Part shown: positions 1 through 11,642 of the stretch, piece after piece | Layout of the letters: each line of letters opens with the position of its first letter | Position numbering within the stretch: position 1 is the stretch's first letter | NCBI GenBank assembly: GCA_032718475.1 | Contig: JAUCBJ010002922.1 | Coordinates: 1 to 35,382 of the forward strand | Direction: 5' to 3' | Source: Nemertoderma westbladi | Lineage: Eukaryota > Animalia > Xenacoelomorpha | DNA length: 35,382 nucleotides | Made by a program: the position numbers and the translations under genes | Notes under the pieces: generated by a model | Seen by the model: only the letters and a program-made list of their open reading frames with translations | Told to the model about the DNA's origin: nothing | The model's database searches: none

Positions 1-249
1 GGTTTGTATTAAACAGTTAAAGGAACAAAAAACTGACAGACAGAGGTGGAACCGATAAAAGGTTTGCATTGCAGCATTGGTTCTATTTGCTGGTTTGGGG
101 GTTCGCTTATATGTGTTTGTTTGTTTTGGTTACCCTGTCTCACTGCCCTTGCTTGTGCGTGCACATATCTGCATGTAGGGACGGCAGTTGTGACTTGACG
201 GCCACTATATAAGATATTTACATGTTGGTTTGATTATTATTTATTATAG

Positions 250-369
250 TTCGCGAGGAACTGCGAGATTTAACCAAACAATATGATAAGAGTGAGAATG
301 ATCTGAAGGCTTTACAGAGCGTCGGTCAAATAGTTGGTGAGACTTTGAAGCAGTTAACTGAGGAGAAAT
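250..369 (+). CDS. PSMC6: 26S proteasome regulatory ATPase subunit 10B (Rpt4), internal exon A
   Basis: ttattatag acceptor and GTTAGT donor; translates (x)[39 protein letters not shown], matching the Rpt4 N-terminal coiled coil; phase joins the next exon (T+AC=Tyr). Confidence 0.93.
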
Positions 370-428
370 GTTAGTGAAATATAATTCATTTAACTATGTT
401 ACCTAACTGCCTAAACATTACTATGCGG

Positions 429-1416
429 TAGAGATGAAACAGAGACCTGTTTTTCTTAATCCCGGTAAACCAGAGCCCTACCCGGATAATTATTTTGAAA
501 AAGACCAGAGCCGGAGATCAGAGACTTTGCTTATTTTTGTACTTACAATCTGATTAGACCCCTATAGCACAAACAGACGAGACGTACAAACGGACTGATA
601 ACTATTTTTCCATGGTTGAATTACAGTAAATCCAACCCATTTCAACCCTTACCAATTTGAAGAAAATAAGCGCACGTACAGTTTGGGGGGCTTCATTAAT
701 ATTAATTTGGTTATTTGTTTATTAATTCGTTCTTATTTTGTTTTTTTTTTTATTAATTTGTTACATTAATTTTTTTTGCTCCATAGGTACCGGAACGTTG
801 TTAATTAAAGGCACTTATTTTACAATTGCATGTAATGAATCATATATTTAAATGTACTATAAACTTGGTCATTTACTAATAGTTAGTGCACAGATAGTAC
901 TCTATTCGCCCAAATTACAGGCCTCGTTGGTTACGCTCGTTGGTCTCCATATTATCTTTTCTATAACAAATTGAATGGAGAACAACCCTTTCTTTCACTT
1001 TTAAACATTATCGGTGCTCAAATTAAGCACCCTTATCCTTAAATAAGAACGACCTTTAGGTGCTAATTTAACTTAAAATTAAACGCACCTTAAATTAAAT
1101 AGAAGATTATCGGTACATTTATTAGAAATATAAATAGTGTAAAAGTGAATAATATTATTGTGTTGAAGTGGTGTATGAAAAATAGTTAAAAATTAAATTA
1201 ATTGTAAAAAATTTGTGAAAAATAATCTTCATTTCACATTTTGTGTTGTACAGGACCTATTTTTAAATATCTATTTATAATTTGTAAAATCACTGATCTC
1301 TGGGTAAAATGCCTGTTTTCAATACCCGAGAACCAGAGACCTATCCGGAGACCAAAAAATAGCCCGGAGAATCCATAGATCAGTGATACGTTACAAGTAC
1401 CTCTGTTTCAACTCTA
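429..1416. mobile_element. hAT-type non-autonomous element (MITE)
   Basis: TIR TAGAG(A/T)TGAAACAGAG at both ends; exact 8-bp TSD CTATGCGG at 421-428 and 1417-1424; subterminal CCAGAG/CCGGA motifs. Confidence 0.85.
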
Positions 1417-1604
1417 CTATGCGGCTTTCTCAACATCGTTGAATCGTTACATTATTATTTATTAAATTATTTTTTCACGTGTTATTTATCTCTAACATTA
1501 ACATAACGTTACTACTTGAATAAGAACCTGGGCGTTAAAGTCAACAACGTAGCCAACTCATTATTTTTGTACAACAAATCGATTAAATTGTTTAATATTC
1601 CTTA

Positions 1605-1657
1605 AGTGTATTCAAATGACGTCATATGTTAGTGTATTCAAATGACGTCATATGTTA
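1605..1657. repeat. 26-bp direct duplication containing TGACGTCA (CRE consensus)
   Basis: agtgtattcaaatgacgtcatatgtt x2. Confidence 0.8.
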
Positions 1658-1698
1658 CTTTATTTAGTAGTACGGTGGGCCTAGCTACTACTATGTGG

Positions 1699-1902
1699 TA
1701 GGGATGTGGCGAATGTCCGCATCCGCACTGGTAGCAATAAATTTGTTTGTTAGATTATTGGGAATGAATATTAATAGAAGATTAGAATATTAAATTGCTG
1801 TTGTAATCTTTATGTAGAAGGGAAGCCAGAGACAAATATGAATGTTTTAATAGAATCCGCATCCGTGCGGATGTCAAAAATATGAGATTTGCAACATCCC
1901 TA
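1699..1902. mobile_element. hAT-type MITE
   Basis: TIR TAGGGATGT(G/T)GC(G/A)AAT; exact 8-bp TSD CTATGTGG at 1691-1698 and 1903-1910; CCGCATCCG subterminal motifs. Confidence 0.85.
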
Positions 1903-2007
1903 CTATGTGGTAATGTTATTTACCTGTATTGGATTTGATTTAACATAAAAACAGTAATACTTTTATTTAATCCCGCAATAGGCGAGAGTGACAGTGAATA
2001 AAAGTAG

Positions 2008-2289
<282 letters not shown>

Positions 2290-2359
2290 TGAACCAATTA
2301 TATATAGAGAGCTGAGAGCTATTTTTGTGACGGTTGTTATACGCTTTAATATTAGCTTG

Positions 2360-2513
2360 ACTTAGACAGACCACCATGTTTACTGAGTTTGGTTCAAATT
2401 CATCAAGGATTAACTGAGTTATTAACGATCAAAAATTAGATGATGACTAGAGAGACAACTCGTTAATGGAACCTCTATGCTAAGGCTTCTCTCACTTCGT
2501 GGCTCGTCCCACA
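2360..2513 (-). mobile_element. Truncated 5' end of a Helentron/HINE-like element related to 9715-11642
   Basis: Minus strand tgtgggacgagccacgaagtgagagaagccttagc closely matches tgtggggcgagccacgaagtcggcggagccttagc at 9712-9746; inner boundary approximate. Confidence 0.6.
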
Positions 2514-2577
2514 TTAATATATAATGAATGGATTGAGAGAATACAAATGCAGATATGAATATTATAATACTGTGTAT

Positions 2578-3113
2578 TAGAGATGTCCCGGAATCGATAT
2601 TTTGATTCCGGCCGGAACCGGAACCGGAATTCAACATGCCGGAATATTCCTGCTGGAATTCCGGCCGGAACCGGAATTTTCAATAATTAGTGACCTACAC
2701 TAAATGACCCATGAAACTTTATAATTTTTTGTGAAACAAATGTTTTTTTTTATTTTATACAGCTAAGTTTGATAATGACTCATACCTAAAAATCCACGTT
2801 AACCAAAAAACCTTTGGTTTCGCGTCATTATGTCCTTTGGTGCAATATCCTGGTGTCTTTAAGGGAAAGTAGCATGTTACAGTGACATGTTATTCGAACC
2901 AAAACAATAAACGAGGGTGTATGTTGTACCGGTACCTTTAGTTTTATTCCAAAATTTCAACATTACAAAATTATAAAAACGTATTTTAAACTTTTTTGTT
3001 AAAAATTATTGATATTCTTAATTGGTGAAAAATTAATCGAAAATTATCTCAAATGGAAAAAATTTCGATCGATTATTATCGACATTATTTTCGATCAATT
3101 TCTGACAACCCTA
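2578..3113. mobile_element. Degenerate or chimeric hAT-like element ends
   Basis: Starts TAGAGATGTC with clustered CCGGAA repeats; ends GACAACCCTA with TCGA-rich subterminal motifs; no exact TSD. Confidence 0.45.
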
Positions 3114-3318
3114 TCTGTATTATGCAGCACCTAAACTCTAACGAGGCATGCAGTTGGTGTTCATACACCACAATCGGCGTATTGGTTGGGTTAAGGAGAA
3201 AGATAATAAATTAAATAAATATTTTTAAACGGTTTGAAATAAAACACCAACCTAACATATCGTTTTAGTAGGTTGATAAATAACATAATTCCTACAACAC
3301 TGTAAACCGGTTCTGTAA

Positions 3319-3665
3319 TAGGGGTTTAAACGGGATCAGACTTTTCGGGATTTCCGGGATCGGTTCCGGGATTATCACTCTCGGGATCCCGTTTTTCGGG
3401 GTCGGGATTGGAATTTTGAATCCAATTCCTTAAAGTTATTACCAAGTTATTATTAGGTTTTGGGTAAAACTCACTTTTTCTTACACTTCTGCAATATTAG
3501 TAAGATAAAGTGATATTAATTATTTTGCAATTGATTACTGGATGGTTTACTGAAATATAAATTAGATATAATCAAAACATTTGCGTTCTGCTGCAACTAT
3601 TTATCAGATATTCAACAAATTTACTTCATTATTTATACTTCGGGATCAGGATTTATTTAAACCAA
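3319..3665. mobile_element. Degenerate hAT-like MITE
   Basis: Starts TAGGGGTTTAAA followed by many CGGGAT subterminal repeats; partial inverted end TTTAAACC near 3655-3663. Confidence 0.45.
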
Positions 3666-3693
3666 ATGGACCACTGAAATAGCACAAACGTAA

Positions 3694-3867
<174 letters not shown>

Positions 3868-3929
3868 TAGTTGTATGTTGTAACCCCCCCCCCCCTCCCC
3901 CCCACCAGGGACTACACTAACTACGATCG

Positions 3930-5860
3930 GCATGCTGCATTGCAGCTGCATTTTCAAGAATGCTGTGTCGGTTTGTGGACAAAATTGCGCCGCCACAACT
4001 CACTTTCACCCATGACATTAGCTAGATCATCCGCATCTTCGCGACCAGTGTCCTTTAAGATGCGTCTCAAGAAAGTCATGGGCTGTCCACCATGCTTATT
4101 CACTCCATGGGGCTGCCAAAGTACAAGATTATGCACTGGCTGGTCCTCACGGCGAAAGCAATGTCCTGCAAAGCGGAGGCGATTTTGTTCTAGTGTCAAG
4201 CTTGGGGGAACCAATGAAACACCTCCAATGTTATATAGTGTCTGGTTGGAGATGTGATCATTGTACTTGACACAATGAACCCGGCGTAGCATTCTTGTGA
4301 ATGTGTCATCCAGAGATTTGGTGTCCTCAGCAGTTAGAGCCCAGCATGGACTCCCGTAGAGGAGTACTGGAACTACTGCTGCTCTAAATAATCGGACCTT
4401 AAGTTTCCGATTAATTCTCGGTGACTTCCAAATCCTGGAAATCCTATTCAAGGCTGCCCATGCCTTTCCTGACTTCCGGATCCATGATCCCAGGTAACAG
4501 AAGTCGTCCACATGCTCAAGCATACCATCCTTTGAGCTTATGCTCATCCGATCAGAGACTTGCTGAGGACTTTCCAAGTTAACTGTCAAAGTTTTGGTCT
4601 TTCTGGAGTTAATAAAAAGACCAACACTAGAAGCAACCTGTTCTAATGAGCCGAGGAGCCGTTGGACTCACTCTAGTGATTCTGCGAGTACTCCTAAGTC
4701 ATCAGCAAAGTCTAGATCAGTTAGGTAGGATTTCCTCGACTTCTGGAGCCAGTAGGTGGAGTTATCATCGCCCCATCATCATTATAATGATCTAAGGACA
4801 TGCGTAGAACATAGTCAACAACAATTATGAACAAGAATATCGCAAGTGTGTCTCCCTGGAGGACGCCCCATAACACTTCAAATGGTTCTGTGTCACCGTC
4901 AACAGTAGACACAAATGTCGTCGAACCATCTTATACTTATCTGATTGCTGCAATAATTTCATCAGGAATCCCATATAATATATAACGTATGCTGAACATA
5001 CGTGAGCGAGAGACTGAATCAAAGGCCTTGAAGAAGTCAACAAAGATAACAGCCAGATGCCTGTCTTTCTTTTTTGATAATTCTTCAATTATCCTTCTAA
5101 GTGCCAAAATGGACTGCATTCTTGGCCGCTGTAGTCTGTTTGAGTCGGGACTCTTTCTGCGCCTTATGAAGGTCATTTCGGCACTTCTGAATTTTGTTGT
5201 CAGTCCAGGGGGGCCTTTTCCTGTTTCGAGGGTATACAGGAACTGTTTCTGCAGCTGCTAACTTAACTGCTTCTGTAAAGGCAGTATAGCCCTCACAGTG
5301 ATCTGCCGCCTCAGAGGCAAGAGCCTCATACCTGTTGCTCAGCTGTAGTGTGAAGCTGGATCTCACACTTGGCTGTTGCAACAGAGAGGACCAGTCATGC
5401 TGCGGCAAGGCAGATTTCGTTGTTCTGCTAGCACGCAGACTAAGTCTTACCTTGGCCACAATAAGGCGGTGATCACTGGAGAAGAGTCGTAGTGTAAATG
5501 CATTACAGTCTTGTATAGAGCTCCTGTATTTCCTACGAAACAGAATATGGTCTATCTCGACCCAGTGGTCCCAGTGGTCGTCCACTATGAGTCCATAGCT
5601 TTCCAGTTCGCTTCTTGAACTGGGTTCCAGCTGAAATCAATCCATTTCCAGAGATAAAATCCTGAAGATGGATGGAATTTCGGTTAACACTATTGCTATA
5701 CACCAGGGCGATGTAGGTGATTGATGCAGACTTGCATTAAAGTCTCCCAGGAATGTTAAGAATGCATGCTGATCCAATCCATCAGTAGCTGCTTGTAGAT
5801 TGTGGTAGACATTTTCCACCTCCTCTACTGGGGCAACACTAGCCGCTCTGCTGCCCGGCA
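3930..5860 (-). mobile_element. Decayed non-LTR retrotransposon (RTE-like): APE endonuclease plus RT fragments
   Basis: APE motifs LGDFNA, IDHIL, SSDHRL; RT motifs FVDFFKAFDS, GVLQGDTLA, TDLDFADDL (4695-4720), YLGSWI, RLRFAGHCFR; multiple frameshifts and stops; boundaries approximate. Confidence 0.88.
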
Positions 5861-6460
5861 CTGCCCGGCACTGCCCCACCCCCCCCCCCCCCCCCCCTTT
5901 AGATATTATATATAGAGCTTTTTTTCTATTTTCCCTTTTTCGCCAAATGATCAATAAGTCCTACTTATGAAATGATTGCAGCATTTTCATTCTGGCATAG
6001 CTAACAAACTGTCTTGTTTGTGAAAATAATTTTGAATTAAATACACAAACACAAAATACACAAATTTGTGGATTTAATCTGAAAAATTGGCTATAAAAAC
6101 AGAAATAATTAAATACACAAAGCAAATTAGCACAAAAAAATTACATTTGCTATATTTTTTCATTTAGTTATTTAATTTTTCCTACGACCCATTTTTCTGT
6201 AAATTTTAGTTGAAAAATGATCTGCAACACAATTTTTATTACATTTTATCTTAAAATAGAAAATAAGGTAAAAAGGTCTTCCCGTTAAAACATTAAAATT
6301 TTGGGAGTTTTCTTAATGATAAATGTATGTTACTATAATAATTATTTGTTCTAGAAGTATGATATTATTATTAGTAAAAATATATATTATTAGTAAAAAT
6401 TCCTTCATTTTTATAAATAATGCACGTTTGCATTATGCATTATGCATTATTATTTATTAT

Positions 6461-6567
6461 GTATTGTATTAAGTATTAAGTATTGTATTAAGTATTAAGT
6501 ATTGTATTAAGTATTAAGTATTGTATTAAGTATTAAGTATTGTATTAAGTATTAAGTATTGTATTAA
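6461..6567. repeat. 19-bp tandem repeat (gtattgtattaagtattaa), about 5.5 copies
   Basis: Directly visible. Confidence 0.9.
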
Positions 6568-6794
6568 ACGTAAATCTCTGTCTGATCTCCACTAGCTAGC
6601 TTATTATAATGGTATAAATTTTCAACAGACGTCAGACATCTCTTGGGGGTTAAAACTACTTTTCTCGAAATTTACTAACTATTTTTACTTGAATCTGTTC
6701 TGGCGAGATTTTTTAGACACCACACAACACACAAACAAGTATTTGGTGTTTACTCACTAATTAATGCAAAAATGATGTACACAACAAGGTGATC

Positions 6795-8113
6795 ATGGCT
6801 TCTTTGTTTAATAGAATTAGTCAATCTTCATCGCAGAGTTCTTATGCAACGGCCGTGGAAAAAATTGAATTGGACGAAGTTGAGCGGCCGACGCAAATAC
6901 AAGAAGAAAACGTTAAGGCGAACATTCCGATCTCACCTCAACAGAACAATGTAGAACAATCAAACTGGCTGTGCAGAATCCTTAAAGCTCCAGAACATCA
7001 GATTAAGGTTTCATTCGCAATAATCACATCTCTTCTGGCATTTATTATAACTGTAATATTATTAATGGTGTTCTTACAACCTGGAGCAGCTGAATCCACC
7101 ACTGTTACCCCGATAAACGTAACAGAAGTCTCAGACACAGATGGTGCCTCCTCTACAACCAAGGCCGCTGAAAGTACCCCACCAACGACTACAGATGGTG
7201 CCTCCTCTACAACCGAGGCCGCTGTAAGTAACGAACCAACGACCACAGATGGTGCATCACCTACAACCGAGGCTGCTGTAAGTATCGAACCAACGACCAC
7301 AGATGGTGCCTCCTCTACAACCGAGGCCGCTGAAAGTACCGAACCAACGACCACAGATGGTGCATCACCTACAACCGAGGCTGCTGTAAGTACCCCACCA
7401 ATGACAACAGATGGTGCCTCCTCTACAACCGAGGCCGCTGAAAGTACCCCACCAACGACTACAGATGGTGCCTTAGACACCTTTCCATGTGCCGGTAACA
7501 CGGGGACGAATAAAGTGGTTAACATAAAATATTCTAAGAGAAAGATGGAATGCCAAAACAATAATCTTCTTATACAGAAACGACCTCACGTTTACATGGT
7601 TTCAAATTTCGATAAAGTTTGGAAGAAATATAAAAAAGGTTTTGGTTACCTCGGTGAAAGAAGTAGTTACTGGATCGGTTTGGATGCTATTCACCAAATA
7701 ACAACAAGTTGGAAATGCGATCTTCTCATTAAATTAAAAGTTCATGAAATATCATCATCCGGTTTTTTAAGGCATAAATTTACTTCCAGACAATATTATA
7801 GTAACGTGAAGGTCGAATCAGAAGTTACAAATTACACGTTTCAATACGAAACATGGAGTGTCCGTGGTACTAAAGTGGGGAATGGAAGGAGAACAGAACA
7901 GGGGAAGGGAAACAGTTCTCGACGAGAGATAGAGATAACGATGATGATCCCAGCAAGTCATTGGCTGAAGTGCGGAACGGGGGTTGGGGGCACACAAAGG
8001 ATTCTAGAACCGACCTCAATGGTGATGATTTTATTCCTGGTGGTTCTGTAATATTCTATTGGGGTGATTCACTCACTCGTAATAATGCAATGTTTCTCGA
8101 TTGCAGTAATTAA
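6795..8113 (+). CDS. Intronless type II membrane fibrinogen-related protein (TM + mucin stalk + FBG domain) with a -1 frame change at about 7887-7913
   Basis: ATG at 6795; TM VSFAIITSLLAFIITVILLMVFL; Thr/Ser-rich repeats; FBG motifs LIQKR, FDKVWKKYKKGFG, YWIGLDAIHQIT in frame 0; GKQFSTRDRDND, GGW, LNG in the -1 frame, ending TAA at 8111-8113. Confidence 0.75.
7137..7472 (+). repeat. 54-bp coding tandem repeat (18 aa, TDGASSTTEAAESTPPTT-like), 6+ copies
   Basis: acagatggtgc recurs at 7137, 7191, 7245, 7299, 7353, 7407 and 7461. Confidence 0.92.
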
Positions 8114-8564
8114 TGTGTCTGAGTATTAGAGACTCTTTTATATAGACTAACTACAGTAACTTGACACTAATAATGTATTGTTTACATCCCAACAACCCCG
8201 TGTTCACTTCCTACAATATTCATTTTTGACCTTTTGAATAATGTTCTGGAAACTATTTATTTAAAACGATATTTTAGGGTCTAGGTGCTTTCCGACTCAA
8301 TAATAATAATATATGTAACATTCTCTATCGTTCTAACTTGTTTTAGTTGAATTACTTGGAGCAAGTCAAGGGGTATGAGTCATCCCACCCCTACTATTGG
8401 GTATCGGCTATCGAAATAGGTACCTTTGGGTCACCTCTGGCTTCGGGAGACTGTTTGGTTGCTTAAGGGGGGGGGGGGGGGGGGGGGTTATTTATGCAAA
8501 TTTTTGGGTTTGTTATAAATAGTGATAATTAATTGAGTTAATGATGGTTGATTCATAGTATAAA

Positions 8565-9092
8565 TATAATTAAATTTGTTGCGAGATTATAACAGTATTA
8601 TAATATATTTCGTACCGACTGGCGGTGCTTCATCAGATATAGGTCTGTAGGTAGGTTAACAAAATACTAATGATAAGGGTACAATATAATAGAAAGGGAA
8701 ACACATAAGTATGATTAATGACATTCAGATGTAAATACAGTAATTGTAATATTAATATAGCGATACTTAGGCATTCCGAATTCTGACTACGAGCACAGTG
8801 TAGGTCTATAGCAGTAATGACACGGTAACTGTAGAACTGTATGATAAATCTAATATGATTAGGTCTGTTATAATTGTATTGTATGTACAATATAAAGTTG
8901 ATGAAGCATGAAGAGTTATACAGTATGTATTTTTAACTAAATTTTATGCATTATGAAAACTAATAGTTTCTTATCCTAAATTAATAAATGCTAATTTGTC
9001 ATATCCTAAATTAATAAATGCTATTTGTTATATCCTAAATTAATAAATACTAATATGTCATATCCTAAATTAATAAATGCTACTATTTTATT
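8565..9092 (-). repeat. Penelope pseudo-LTR (3' copy)
   Basis: Reverse complement of 13117-13607, differing by one ~29-bp subrepeat and an 8-bp indel. Confidence 0.9.
8608..8636 (-). ncRNA. Hammerhead ribozyme-like core in the Penelope pLTR
   Basis: CUGAUGA-AGCACCG-CCAGU-CGGUAC-GAAA followed by UAUAUUAUA; stem I is weak. Confidence 0.5.
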
Positions 9093-9169
9093 ATATAGTT
9101 ATTGTAACCCCCCCCCCCCCCTCCCCTATTTTTTGTGTTAGTGTGTATGTTTTTTGTGGTTCTGGGCCC

Positions 9170-9714
9170 TGTTGTAGAAATCTTGGATACCGCGTAGAAA
9201 TGGTACGAATATTGATGATACGTTCACTGATAATCTACCGTTAATTACTTTGTCACCTTCTTTTCTAAATTAACTTTCTAGAATTCTTCGTCTTAAAGTG
9301 TGGTTTAGTCCTCTGTGCAATATTTTGGAGTTATCAAAGACGGGTGTGTGTTGTGATGTGATGATATGGGCGGTGAGTTCTGATTGTTTGATTCTATTAT
9401 GTTTTATGTCTGCGGTGTGTTGTTTTTGTCGGACGTCCTTTGTATAACTAGATTCTCCTATGTAAAATTTCCCACATGAGCAAGGTATACTGTATGTTAC
9501 GGAGTTTGGGGGTCTTTTGGGTTTGTGTCCTTTGCAGATAATTGATCCAATGGATGTACCGGGTTGAAAGTAGGTACCGATATTGTAACGATTACATAAA
9601 CGTTCTAAATCTTCCGTTAGATCTTTTACGTATGGAAGGGGAATGTTAGTCAGTGATTTTTCTTTAAGGGTTAATTTTCTGGTGGTATTTAAAGCTTTTC
9701 TGAAGGAGTTGTGT
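9170..9714 (-). pseudogene. Penelope linker and GIY-YIG endonuclease coding region
   Basis: Hand translation HNSFRKAL...IPLPYVKDL...VTYSIPCSCGKFYIGES...RQKQH...ELTAH...RRILES*, with one in-frame stop; continues RT ...NGYPTRIIH once 9715-11646 is removed. Confidence 0.88.
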
Positions 9715-9789
9715 GGGGCGAGCCACGAAGTCGGCGGAGCCTTAGCGAATTGACACTGTTAGGGGGTGGGTCAATTTATGCAAATAGTT

Positions 9790-9845
9790 GTCGTCGTCGT
9801 CGTCGTCGTCGTTGTCGTCGTCGTCGTCGTTGTCGTCGTCGTTGT
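9790..9845. repeat. (CGT)n microsatellite
   Basis: Directly visible. Confidence 0.9.
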
Positions 9846-11164
9846 TACGATTTTGACATGCTAATAACTTTGTCGGATTTAAAGCTGCCAAGTTGAAAAT
9901 TTGTAGGTATCAATATGAGCAAAAGTTGAGATTTTTGAGAGACTTTCAGACACCATCAGTGCAATGGTCTCCCGCTAGAGGGCCACATGTCTAAACATTA
10001 AATGCCCTCCCATTTCTTTGCTTTTAATCCGTTTAAGGTGAAACTTGGCAGATATGTATTAGACCATTAGCTGTGACTTTCAAAGGAGGCGAATCCATCT
10101 GCAGTTCTCCAGTCTGCCGCTAGAGGGCCAAAGGTCTGAAAGTGAAATCGTTGTCGTCGTTATGATATTGACATGCTTATAACTTTGTCGGATTTAAAGC
10201 TGCCAAGTTGAAAATTTGTAGGTATCAATATGAGCAAAAGTTGAGATTTTTGAGAGACTTTCAGACACCATCAGTGCAATGGTCTCCCGCTAGAGGGCCA
10301 CATGTCTAAACATTAAATGCCCTCCCATTTCTTTGCTTTTAATCCGTTTAAGCTGAAACTTGGCAGATATGTATTAGACCATTAGCTGTGACTTTCAAAG
10401 GAGGCGAATCCATCTGCAGTTCTCCAGTCTGCCGCTAGAGGGCCAAAGGTCTGAAAGTGAAATCGTTGTCGTCGTTATGATATTGACATGCTTATAACTT
10501 TGTCGGATTTAAAGCTGCCAAGTTGAAAATTTGTAGGTATCAATATGAGCAAAAGTTGAGATTTTTGAGAGACTTTCAGACACCATCAGTGCAATGGTCT
10601 CCCGCTAGAGGGCCACATGTCTAAACATTAAATGCCCTCCCATTTCTTTGCTTTTAATCCGTTTAAGCTGAAACTTGGCAGATATGTATTAGACCATTAG
10701 CTGTGACTTTCAAAGGAGGCGAATCCATCTGCAGTTCTCCAGTCTGCCGCTAGAGGGCCAAAGGTCTGAAAGTGAAATCGTTGTCGTCGTTATGATATTG
10801 ACATGCTTATAACTTTGTCGGATTTAAAGCTGCCAAGTTGAAAATTTGTAGGTATCAATATGAGCTAAAGTTGAAATTTTTGAGAGACTTTCAGACACCA
10901 TCAGTGCAATGGTCTCCCGCTAGAGGGCCACATGTCTAAACATTAAATGCCCTCCCATTTCTTTGCTTTTAATCCGTTTAAGCTGAAACTTGGCAGATAT
11001 GTATTAGACCATTAGCTGTGACTTTCAAAGGAGGCGAATCCATCTGCAGTTCTCCAGTCTGCCGCTAGAGGGCCAAATGTCTGAAAGTGAAATCGTTGTC
11101 GTCGTTATGATATTGACATGCTTATAACTTTGTCGAATTTAAAGCTGCCAAGTTGAAAATTTGT
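9846..11164. repeat. 315-bp tandem repeat, about 4.2 near-identical copies, each a dimer of ~155-160-bp subunits
   Basis: Unit starts at 9846, 10161, 10476, 10791 and 11106; ccgctagagggcca occurs twice per unit; diverged subunits continue to about 11525. Confidence 0.93.
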
Positions 11165-11642
11165 TTTGTTGAAAATCAGTTCAACAGTCACCCGCTATAG
11201 GACTACTTTATGCCTGAAAGTGAATAGATTCTCCCGTCTCATTGATTTTAATCAGTTTAAGCTGAATCTTGCCATATATTCTGGACCACATGCTGCGTCT
11301 TTGTGGGGGGGGGGGGGGGGGGGGGGATTTAATCGGTCTGCCGCTATACGACGAAATTTCTGAAAGTGAGATCCGTCTCTCATTTCGTTATCCGTTATTC
11401 AAGATGAAACTTGGCCGATGTACGTATGTACTATTCATCCATAGGCTGTGTCTTTGTGGGGCTGGAGACCCTAATCCATCTTCAGTTCTCACTATACCGC
11501 TAGAGTCAGAAATGTCTGAATAGAAATGAAAGAGGTAAAAAGTGATTAGGCGAAATCTGCTTAAAATTTGCTAATACAGTAATACTTTCGAATTAGTACT
11601 TAAATTAAATTTAAGTCACGTGCTGCGCGAAGGCCCCACTTC

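Larger units (their letters stand above)
9715..11642 (+). mobile_element. Helentron-associated (HINE/DINE-like) non-autonomous element with internal tandem array
   Basis: Short inverted end motifs (GTGGGGC/GCCCCAC), 5' (CGT)n microsatellite, central tandem repeats; precisely interrupts the Penelope ORF with GTGT on both flanks; family assigned by architecture only. Confidence 0.65.

Noticed and set aside
17-61. Possible small exon (aaacag...ag|gtttgc)
   Set aside because: Stops in all three frames and no similarity to the Rpt4 N-terminus
6998-7561. 187-aa hydrophobic ORF on the minus strand
   Set aside because: Antisense shadow of the Thr-rich coding repeat
9711-9896. Arg-rich protamine-like ORF
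   Set aside because: Translation of the (CGT)n microsatellite inside a transposon
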